Origin: Sedimentisphaerales bacterium
GTDB lineage: Bacteria; Planctomycetota; Phycisphaerae; Sedimentisphaerales; SM23-30
Reading direction: 5' to 3'
DNA length: 64,000 bases
NCBI GenBank assembly: GCA_963667715.1
Contig: OY763926.1
Span: 3,230,177-3,294,176, forward strand
In this document: one piece after another, positions 30,478 through 38,989 of the stretch
Layout of the letters: each line of letters starts with the position of its first letter
How positions within the stretch are numbered: the first letter of the stretch is position 1
Made by a program: the position numbers and the translations under genes
Notes under the pieces: generated by a model
What the model was told of the DNA's origin: nothing
Database searches by the model: none
Seen by the model: the letters and a program-made list of their open reading frames with translations, nothing else

Positions 30478-32031
30478 ATGGTAAAAGATAATACAATAAA
30501 AGTAATCGATTTATTTGCTGGTCCAGGAGGGCTTGGTGAAGGTTTCTCATCCTACAATTCAGCAAACAAATGTTTCAAAATTGGAATATCCATTGAAAAA
30601 GACGAACATGCCCATATGACATTACTGTTACGGGCATTCTTTCGTCAATTTGACATCGGTAAAGAACCTCAAGAATATTTTGAATTTATTACTAAAAAGA
30701 GTTTTTCTAAAAAAGAATTAAACATACTCTTTGAAAAATTTCCTGAACAGAGTGAAGCTGCTATAAATGAAGCATTATGTTTAGAGTTAGGAAAAGACAA
30801 TAAGCAGATATTTAAAAAGATTCAAAAAGCTCTTAGTGATAACATTAAAAATAAAAAACCTTGGGTACTCATTGGTGGTCCTCCTTGTCAGGCATATTCA
30901 TTAGCAGGAAGAGTGAAGAATAACAGCAACTCAACTTATAACATTGATACTGATCATAGAAGCAAATTATATGAAGAATACCTCAGAATAATTGCCAGAT
31001 ACCAACCTAACGTATTTGTTATGGAAAATGTCAAAGGCATGCTTTCTACAAAAGTAGAAGGGCAAGCTATTGCTAATAAAATAATATCTGAACTTCAAGA
31101 TCCTTCAAATTCAAATATTAATGAAAAACCTGTATTTGGAAAAAGTTATACCTATAAACTATATTCGCTGGTACAAAAGTGCGATCCCAATAAAACCTTT
31201 TCTCCCAAAGACTTTCTAATTAGAAGTGAATTATATGGAATTCCTCAAAAAAGACATAGGGTTATCATTCTTGGAGTGAGGGAAGATTATGATTTGGGAA
31301 GCATCCCAACATTGAAACAAGGTAAGCTTGTTACTGTTCAAGATGCAATATATGATCTACCTCCAGTATATAGCAGATTTTCAAACAGACGGTCAAAGTT
31401 GAGTAACTTTGACAAGAAGTTACTTAAATATGATAATATTAAAATATTATTGAATGAGTTTTATAGCAACTTTTGCACTAAAGAGAAATTGACTGATAAG
31501 ACTATTGCTGAATATTTATCCAAATACGGTAACAGTGAAGGTAGCTCACAGCAGGTATTTAATAAAAAATGGTATTATAATCCAAGGTTAGATTCACATA
31601 CATGTAACCATGAAGCTAGAACACACATGCGTTCTGATATTTTAAGATATTTCTTTGTTTCCTGCTTTGGAAAAGCAAATTCTATTTCACCCAAAATAGA
31701 TAATTTTCCTAAAAGGCTATTGCCCGCACATAACAATATTAAAACAAAAACAGATTTTGTTGATAGATTCAAAGTTCAACTTGCAGACAAACCATCATCT
31801 ACAATAACATGTCATATTTCAAAAGATGGACATTATTACATCCATCCTGATCCTAAACAATGTAGAAGCTTAACAGTCAGAGAGGCTGCCAGACTTCAGA
31901 CATTCCCAGATGATTACTTTTTTTGCAGTAATAAGACAGAACAATACAAACAAGTTGGAAACGCAGTACCTCCGCTACTGGCAAGACAAATTGCAAAAAT
32001 TGTGTGGAACATACTCGCTAAACATACTTAA
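30478..32031 (+). CDS. dcm: DNA (cytosine-5)-methyltransferase
   Basis: 517 aa with motif I DLFAGPGGLGEGF, IV GGPPCQAYS, VI ENVKGM, VIII QKRHRVIILG, IX LTVREAARLQTFPDDY and X GNAVPPLLA. A long variable region lies between motifs VIII and IX. Confidence 0.92.
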   Translation: MVKDNTIKVIDLFAGPGGLGEGFSSYNSANKCFKIGISIEKDEHAHMTLLLRAFFRQFDIGKEPQEYFEFITKKSFSKKELNILFEKFPEQSEAAINEALCLELGKDNKQIFKKIQKALSDNIKNKKPWVLIGGPPCQAYSLAGRVKNNSNSTYNIDTDHRSKLYEEYLRIIARYQPNVFVMENVKGMLSTKVEGQAIANKIISELQDPSNSNINEKPVFGKSYTYKLYSLVQKCDPNKTFSPKDFLIRSELYGIPQKRHRVIILGVREDYDLGSIPTLKQGKLVTVQDAIYDLPPVYSRFSNRRSKLSNFDKKLLKYDNIKILLNEFYSNFCTKEKLTDKTIAEYLSKYGNSEGSSQQVFNKKWYYNPRLDSHTCNHEARTHMRSDILRYFFVSCFGKANSISPKIDNFPKRLLPAHNNIKTKTDFVDRFKVQLADKPSSTITCHISKDGHYYIHPDPKQCRSLTVREAARLQTFPDDYFFCSNKTEQYKQVGNAVPPLLARQIAKIVWNILAKHT

Positions 32032-32062
32032 TATTCAATAGTAATTGGAAGGATTATTATTT

Positions 32063-32323
32063 ATGTACGCCAAAGACATAAGATCCATTGCGAACGTTAA
32101 GGATTTTTTCAACTATCTTATATATATTGAAGATCTAAACTTTCATCCAGACACAGTATTTAATGACTATATATGCATACTCTCAAACAAAAGATCATTT
32201 AATGTCCAGCAAGCATCCCATTATCAAAAGTTACTTCAAAAAGCTTTTGATATATGCAAAAAAGATGAGGTATGTATTTATGATATTTGCCATGAGATTT
32301 TCTTAAACAGATTGGCTATATAA
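32063..32323 (+). CDS. Small hypothetical protein lying between dcm and vsr
   Basis: 86 aa counted from the ATG at 32063, which is preceded by ggaagga. Its stop codon abuts the vsr start (taaatg). No motif recognised. Confidence 0.5.
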   Translation: MYAKDIRSIANVKDFFNYLIYIEDLNFHPDTVFNDYICILSNKRSFNVQQASHYQKLLQKAFDICKKDEVCIYDICHEIFLNRLAI

Positions 32324-32743
32324 ATGGCAGACATTATCAGTAAAGAAAAACGTAGCTGGAATATGTCCAGGATTAAGGGAAAGGATACAAAGCCCGAACT
32401 AATTGTTCGCTCTCTCTTGCATAAAATGGGGTATAGATTCAGACTTCACAAAAAAGATCTACCAGGAAAACCTGATATTGTTCTACCAAAATACCAAACT
32501 GTTATTTTCGTGAATGGTTGCTTCTGGCACAGACATAAAAATTGCAAATATGCCTATCAACCAAAGAGTAGAATTGATTTCTGGGAAAAGAAGTTTTCAG
32601 ATACAGTTGAAAGAGATACAATTAAAAAAGCCGAACTGGAAAAGCTCGGCTGGAAGGTCATTATTGTCTGGGAATGTGAAGTAAAGCTACCATCTATAGC
32701 AGATACTATAAAAGAACAACTTGAACAGTCTAATTCACAATAG
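32324..32743 (+). CDS. vsr: Very short patch repair endonuclease
   Basis: 139 aa. The sequence SWNMSRIKGKDTKPELIVRSLLHKMGYRFRLHKKDLPGKPDIVLPKYQTVIFVNGCFWHRH is typical of Vsr. Confidence 0.9.
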   Translation: MADIISKEKRSWNMSRIKGKDTKPELIVRSLLHKMGYRFRLHKKDLPGKPDIVLPKYQTVIFVNGCFWHRHKNCKYAYQPKSRIDFWEKKFSDTVERDTIKKAELEKLGWKVIIVWECEVKLPSIADTIKEQLEQSNSQ

Positions 32744-35700
32744 CTGTTTGGATTCTAGTAGTTTTTCCATTTGCTCTGAATATTGCATCACCTTTTCCAT
32801 TTAATGATTCAGCTCCAGCTTCATCCATAATTACTTTACTTTCAATTGCACTTCTCACCCTTAATGCCATTTGTGCTGGAAGATTTGACCTTAATGTTGT
32901 ACTAATAACATCAGCACTAGGCTTTTGTGTAGCTATTATAACATGAATACCACAGGCTCTCCCTTTTTGTGCAATTCTTTTAAGAAGTCTTTCAACTTCC
33001 CTTTTTTCGTCCGGGTCAGAAGTTAGATCGGCATATTCATCCAGAACTAATACCCACCAAGGAACTTTACTTGATTCTTCGACACATGAGTTATACTCTG
33101 GAAGAGATCGTTTTTTGGCAGCTTTAAACATTTGATATCTATTCTGCATTTCATTTACTGCTTCTTCAAGAACAGCAATAGCATCTTCAGCATCCCATCC
33201 TATTGAGCCCTTTAAGAATGGTGAACTTTCGAAATCAACGAGTTCCGTACCTTTTGGATCTATCAGTAGCAGTTTAAGATCATTGGAATTGTAATAATAC
33301 TCCATCCCTTTTAGTATAGTATTCAACGCCTCTGATTTTCCTGAACCAGTGGTCCCACCTATAAGTAAATGAGGAGAATTGGAAGAGGAAAAGTCTATAT
33401 CAATAATATTACCAAACCTGTCTTCACCAAGTGGAACACTTAAGTGAGTCTCGTCAGGCACAGCCCATATACTCCACATTTTGTTTGCAAATACAAAATA
33501 TCTTTCTTCCGCATCCTTTGGAACATCAATATTAACATGTCCTTTATCAATAGAAAAACTAATAGAAGCATCTTCTGGAAGATTTAATTTCAACTTTAAA
33601 GCATCTCGTTGTTCTGTAATCTTATTCGGCTTAACTCCCTCACCAGGCTTTACTCTAAATAGAATTGAAGCTGGACCTTCAATATATCTTTCAAGATTCC
33701 CAGAAGGCAAATGTGCCTTTACTTTGAATTCACTTAAAGTGTCTATTATTATCTGATATTTCTCGTCAAGCTTTTCAACAGAAAGCGTTTTTGAAATCTC
33801 AGTATTAATGTCTTTTTCATCAGATGGTGGTTGAGGAGAAATTACTTCTACCCCATCGTCTTCGACTATTTCTGTATTATCATCATTTACACTTATTTCA
33901 TTCTGGTGATCTCCTGTAATATTATTTCCTAATAGCTTTAAGACTTCATCAGAATACGATTTGACAATAAGCACACCATCTTCTTCTAAAAGGATTTGCT
34001 CTTCATCAATACAATAATTGTACATCGAGAACAAACCATTGATTCTTTCAACTTCAAAGCTTCCTTCTTTAAAGTCACTTCTAATATCATCAGGAATTGA
34101 AGATATTGAATTAGTACTCCCATTTAGACGTTCCTGTTTTGCATACTCGCTTGTATTTTCTAGTGCTGACAGTATTTCTTTTCTCCATACTTTTGCATCT
34201 TTAGAAGGTATATTATTATTGTCAGTATTTAAAATTGACTCAAAAAGTTCCATGGTTTTTAAGACCTGGGTAACGCCATGGGAATCATATTGTTTACGCA
34301 TTTTCCCTTCAACAATCAATGCTTCTAATTTTAGAATATTACTCTGGTCATAGTAAAATGTAAAACGGCACAAATCTGCTCTTGTATTTGCAAACCAATC
34401 AGAATAATCATCCAAAGAAAACCAAATTGTAATATTATTTCTATTACGGGATGTATAATGTTTTTCTGCTATTCTCTTTGCAACAATCAGTCCAAGTATC
34501 TCTTCGGTAATCCTAGACAACCCCATAGCTCTTAAAACAAGACTTGGAGCCACTTCTCTAATCTCGTCATAAATTCTATCCGCTAAGACTGCCACGTTAT
34601 TATCAACTAAGTCCTTAAACCTCCCTCCAATAGCTTGAAGCTTTCTGGATAACCTGGATACAATAAACTTTTTACCGAAATTTGAAGAAACGACTAGGGT
34701 GTATAACCCATTCCTACCAACTCTTTCTTTTACTGTTAGTACATCTGGTTTATGTTCAAGGTTTTCAATCTGACTTCTACCTATATACTGATCGTATGTT
34801 ATTACCCAGTGCGAATACTCATGTAATTGTTCAAATAATTTTGCTGCATCACTAAACATTACTGCCATTTCAAAATAGTCAATATTTTGAGGTTGATTGG
34901 CTGCAATAAGATGACATCTCCTTAATCTTACATTCAATGTTGACCAGTCATTTAATGTATTATCTGGGTCATATGGTAAGAGGACAATTGACACTGTTCC
35001 ACTTGAATTACCCTTGTCAACGTAACTTGTCTCAACAAAAGGAACTTCATGTTTTCCGGGTCTTGAATAATCTTCTATTGTTCTTTCGTAAATCTCAACC
35101 TTGTTGCCAAAGAAATTTGGAATAATAGATAAATCACAAATAATATTATATGTGTCGATCTCTCCCCATTCATAAAACTTAAGCTGGAGCGGAGGAAATA
35201 ATTTCCCTCCTAACGCCATTCTGTTTTCTGATTCAATTCTTTCAAATTTTGAAGAAATATTATGCCAGTTATTTTTAGGCGTTACGACATGAAATGTAAC
35301 ATTTAGATTTTTCTTTGCTGACTTTCTAAGGCAACTCAAAAGCTGAACAGGGAATACGCCTCCACTAGGTAAAAGAGTTAAGATTGATATTCCATCTTTT
35401 TTATAAGGATGACTCTCAATATAAGATTCAACTTGCTTAGCAATTTCTTTTACAGATGCGTCATCTATAGTTTCAGTCAAAATACTACTTGATTTTTCTT
35501 CATCCTTAACAGGAGAGAAGTGTTCATTCCATCCCAACTCCGAGGTTGGAATCATAATATCTTTACTTTTTGTAACCAATACAGGAGGATATTTGTGTGG
35601 TGACAGGTTAGAAAGTTTTGAAAGGTATAATGTATCATTTTCCGTGTTCAAAACTAATTCCTGACTTAAGGCATCTATACAAAGTATTCTTAGATATTCA

Positions 35701-37706
35701 AAATACTTAGCAATCCAGTTAAGCCGAAATGGGTGAGTTGCCAACATCATTGCTTTATTATCGTTATCATAAGGTATGACATCCATCGAAAGAAATGAGG
35801 CAAGATTACTGTCAAATGAACCATTAGGAATAAGTTCATCTTTTGCACGCCTCTGTAATTCAGACCAATTTGTAACATATTCATTAATAAGATCAACACA
35901 AATACCTGCTTGAGACAAATCGTGAAAACATTCATTACGTAATTCCAACAAACTTTTTACTATAGTACAATTATTGGATGATTCAACAATTGCCATATCT
36001 GGAGAATCAGGTATAGGTATTAGCCTTGATGACGTAGATTTAACCCATTCATCAATTTCCATTCCATCTGGTAAAGAGTGAAAATTTGTTGCCTTTTCTG
36101 CTATAATAATCCATAATAGCGAAAGCCAGTCTATGTCTTCTGGTCTCCATACATAGTTTACCAGGCTGTCACATATCTCATCTGTTTTCTTATTTATCAG
36201 ACGAAATTCAATTGGTAAGTCTTCCCACTCAACAGGAGTAACCTCATCTTCACTCTCTTCATCATCTAAATCTCTTAGTTCAGGCAATGGATAGAAAGCA
36301 ATTAAATCCGCATCAATATTTATTTGCAATCCAGACACATCATCTTTAGATACATCCAGGATGGACTTTAATGTATTACCATATAGAAATGAAAATAACC
36401 CAAGTGAAGCATCTTTTGAGTCCACTCGCTTCCCTAACAATAGTTCTATAACATAGTCTGAACGATCATCATTCTGAATAGTAGAATCAAACTCTCTTAC
36501 AATTTCTACTAGCTGAATAAAAGGGTTTGAAAAAGGAATATTACGTGGGTACGCAACACGTTTGACCATTTTCAATGTTGTTTTTGAAATTATATCACAT
36601 AAAGCATCGCTATCTTCTTCAGAATCTGGTTCCTTATCTAGAAACTTTTGAGCATCGTCTGAAATTTTTCTAGATATACCATCCTTGACATCTAAAGACA
36701 AATACTCTTGCAATCTTTCTGGATTATTTTCGCCAATTTCCCGTTCAATTCTTTCTCCAAGTGGCACACCTACAACGTCTTTTGTAAAAAGTTGTTCAAA
36801 TATATAAAAAGGAATTTTTTCTCTTTGATCTCTTAATCGATGCAAGCAATAGGCACGACATAGTGTTTGCCATTTATTTTGCTCTTCTTCTACAAAAACA
36901 TTATTTGACAAGTCCTTAAAAGTCTTATTTAAAGCCTCATCTGCCAGCTCTTCAGGATCAAATTCTATGCCTTTTGAATTTGTTAATTCAGAGTAATAAT
37001 GATTATTTGCCAACCTCCTCTGACACATTGCATTGGAATTGTTTCCTTGCCATAGTTCATCTGGCATTAATCCCAACTCAACCAGCGATTTACCAATTAT
37101 TTTCTCCATATGATTCTTTTCGACGGGACCATCAATTTGAGACAAAACTTTACATGCATGATATGCAAAACGGCAAAAACTTCTTATCGAAACTGAAAAT
37201 ATTGACGGATGAAGCATTTCGATAACTTGACAAACCATCTCGACAAATTGGTTTGGGATTTTTTTATTGATTTCAAAACAATCCCAAGCAGCTAAAATCA
37301 CTTCTCTTTTAACATTAAAACGTTCATCATCCAAGCTACCATCCAGATAATTTCTATCTCGAATAGTAAACATTGACTCCAAACCTTGTTCATCACTTTC
37401 AATTTTGGTTTGGATATAAATTAGACCGTTCTGATTATTATTTCTGTAGTAAGTTATTGACTTATCCGGTTCGGCAACAAATTGTGCTGGAAATGCCTCA
37501 TGATTTCCTCTCGCAATAATTGTCTGCAATGTATTTAATGAAGAAAAACATGAATCCTCATTAAGATATCCCAAGAACGCTACTATTTCTTCAGGCTGTA
37601 AGTCTTTGACTCTAATACACGGTCTTGAACTATCTACAGATTCTCTTTCTAACTCATGTTTTATTATTATCAAAGAAATTTTTGCTATAATCTTATCTAT
37701 CATCAT
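32730..37706 (-). CDS. 1658-aa protein with a C-terminal FtsK/SpoIIIE-type motor; DptH/SspH-like by architecture (tentative)
   Basis: The last ~349 aa (32730-33779) align by eye to the FtsK alpha/beta domains: EGPASILFRVKPGEGVKPNKI, Walker A GGTTGSGKSE (about 33327-33360), Walker B VLVLDEYADL, IIATQKPS and LNGKGDAIF. The N-terminal ~1300 aa have no motif I recognise. Its start overlaps the stop of the upstream gene by 4 bp. Confidence 0.8.
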   Translation of the reverse strand: MMIDKIIAKISLIIIKHELERESVDSSRPCIRVKDLQPEEIVAFLGYLNEDSCFSSLNTLQTIIARGNHEAFPAQFVAEPDKSITYYRNNNQNGLIYIQTKIESDEQGLESMFTIRDRNYLDGSLDDERFNVKREVILAAWDCFEINKKIPNQFVEMVCQVIEMLHPSIFSVSIRSFCRFAYHACKVLSQIDGPVEKNHMEKIIGKSLVELGLMPDELWQGNNSNAMCQRRLANNHYYSELTNSKGIEFDPEELADEALNKTFKDLSNNVFVEEEQNKWQTLCRAYCLHRLRDQREKIPFYIFEQLFTKDVVGVPLGERIEREIGENNPERLQEYLSLDVKDGISRKISDDAQKFLDKEPDSEEDSDALCDIISKTTLKMVKRVAYPRNIPFSNPFIQLVEIVREFDSTIQNDDRSDYVIELLLGKRVDSKDASLGLFSFLYGNTLKSILDVSKDDVSGLQINIDADLIAFYPLPELRDLDDEESEDEVTPVEWEDLPIEFRLINKKTDEICDSLVNYVWRPEDIDWLSLLWIIIAEKATNFHSLPDGMEIDEWVKSTSSRLIPIPDSPDMAIVESSNNCTIVKSLLELRNECFHDLSQAGICVDLINEYVTNWSELQRRAKDELIPNGSFDSNLASFLSMDVIPYDNDNKAMMLATHPFRLNWIAKYFEYLRILCIDALSQELVLNTENDTLYLSKLSNLSPHKYPPVLVTKSKDIMIPTSELGWNEHFSPVKDEEKSSSILTETIDDASVKEIAKQVESYIESHPYKKDGISILTLLPSGGVFPVQLLSCLRKSAKKNLNVTFHVVTPKNNWHNISSKFERIESENRMALGGKLFPPLQLKFYEWGEIDTYNIICDLSIIPNFFGNKVEIYERTIEDYSRPGKHEVPFVETSYVDKGNSSGTVSIVLLPYDPDNTLNDWSTLNVRLRRCHLIAANQPQNIDYFEMAVMFSDAAKLFEQLHEYSHWVITYDQYIGRSQIENLEHKPDVLTVKERVGRNGLYTLVVSSNFGKKFIVSRLSRKLQAIGGRFKDLVDNNVAVLADRIYDEIREVAPSLVLRAMGLSRITEEILGLIVAKRIAEKHYTSRNRNNITIWFSLDDYSDWFANTRADLCRFTFYYDQSNILKLEALIVEGKMRKQYDSHGVTQVLKTMELFESILNTDNNNIPSKDAKVWRKEILSALENTSEYAKQERLNGSTNSISSIPDDIRSDFKEGSFEVERINGLFSMYNYCIDEEQILLEEDGVLIVKSYSDEVLKLLGNNITGDHQNEISVNDDNTEIVEDDGVEVISPQPPSDEKDINTEISKTLSVEKLDEKYQIIIDTLSEFKVKAHLPSGNLERYIEGPASILFRVKPGEGVKPNKITEQRDALKLKLNLPEDASISFSIDKGHVNIDVPKDAEERYFVFANKMWSIWAVPDETHLSVPLGEDRFGNIIDIDFSSSNSPHLLIGGTTGSGKSEALNTILKGMEYYYNSNDLKLLLIDPKGTELVDFESSPFLKGSIGWDAEDAIAVLEEAVNEMQNRYQMFKAAKKRSLPEYNSCVEESSKVPWWVLVLDEYADLTSDPDEKREVERLLKRIAQKGRACGIHVIIATQKPSADVISTTLRSNLPAQMALRVRSAIESKVIMDEAGAESLNGKGDAIFRANGKTTRIQTAIVN

Positions 37707-38989
37707 ATTAACCCTCTTGTACTTACCATCCTAGTAGCATCTGAATAATCTGTAATCAAACCGGCTGCTTTCATCTGGCAAGCAAGATACTCCTCGTTAT
37801 CCTCAAAAATACTAGCATCAAATACACTAAGCAAATTAGCTTTCTCTGCGGATTGACGCCCAACAATTAAGCCCCACTTACTATAAAATATTTCAGTAAC
37901 AAACCGCTCAAATGGTATTTCTGTTTCAGCATATGTGCCAGCAAGAACGAGTGTTTCCAGTAATTCAACACTAAAAGTAAAATGCCTTTTCCCCTTAAAT
38001 GAGTTTAACAACCCAATTGTTGCGCACGTAGAAGAGAAGAAACTGATGATCTTTCTTCTTTGAGCTTTTGCAAGAACGTCATCATCGTCTGCAAGCAAAA
38101 CGCACTTATCGATTGCATCTCCTATCATTGAAGAAATATCTTTCAGGCATCGTGCCGAAGCTCTTCTTATCTGACCTGGCGAAGAACCACAGTCAACTAT
38201 TATATTGACTATCTCACTATCAACATATTCAGATGCCCTTTTTGCCTGCATAATTGCCAGCCAAAAACCTGTCCAGGATATTACTGCCTTTATCCTGGAA
38301 GTACATGATAATTCACAATGAGATAAAATATTGCATAAACCATCCCTAAATACATCTTCAATTGAATCATTATTAACTTTACAAGCACTTTCTTTAGGAT
38401 CAGAAGATTCAGTGTCTTTTACTGAATGCTTTGACAACACGTCAGACAGCTGTTGCAATGGGGTTATTTGTTCTTCTGGATATAAACTTTTTAGTCCTTC
38501 TCTTATTACATCAACCCTTTGCTCATTAGGATCATCTCTCAAAACTCTGTGAGCTAAAGCTCCACCACCTCTTAAATATCTTCTTTCAATCTTTATTTTG
38601 CGACTTCTAAGCCTGGCATCCCAATGAATTAAAGAGCGGCAATAGGGAAAAAAATGAGCTCTTTCCCATGATGGTGTTTTATTTATATTAGGAATTGGCA
38701 TTTGCAAACACTCAAGCAGTTCTTTTACAACATTTTTAGCATTATCATTAACAAATGCCTCTTTACATTTATCTGTTGAAGCATAAGTATCAAAATCCCA
38801 TACTAATCTCCTTGCAAAATCATGAGATTCTTTGATAAATTTTATGTTTGACTCATTCGATAAAATATTATTTGAAGTAGCAGAGAATGTGAGATTCAGC
38901 AACTCCAGACCAGGATAATAACCTGCTGCATCAAAATCCAGTATGCCACCAAATATTTTAGTTGAAATTTCAGGACCTTTCATAATCAA
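37703..38989 (-). CDS. 428-aa protein of unknown function; DptG/SspG-like by position and size only
   Basis: Middle gene of the operon, with 4-bp overlaps at both ends (37703-37706 and 38986-38989). No motif recognised. Confidence 0.7.
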   Translation of the reverse strand: MIMKGPEISTKIFGGILDFDAAGYYPGLELLNLTFSATSNNILSNESNIKFIKESHDFARRLVWDFDTYASTDKCKEAFVNDNAKNVVKELLECLQMPIPNINKTPSWERAHFFPYCRSLIHWDARLRSRKIKIERRYLRGGGALAHRVLRDDPNEQRVDVIREGLKSLYPEEQITPLQQLSDVLSKHSVKDTESSDPKESACKVNNDSIEDVFRDGLCNILSHCELSCTSRIKAVISWTGFWLAIMQAKRASEYVDSEIVNIIVDCGSSPGQIRRASARCLKDISSMIGDAIDKCVLLADDDDVLAKAQRRKIISFFSSTCATIGLLNSFKGKRHFTFSVELLETLVLAGTYAETEIPFERFVTEIFYSKWGLIVGRQSAEKANLLSVFDASIFEDNEEYLACQMKAAGLITDYSDATRMVSTRGLI

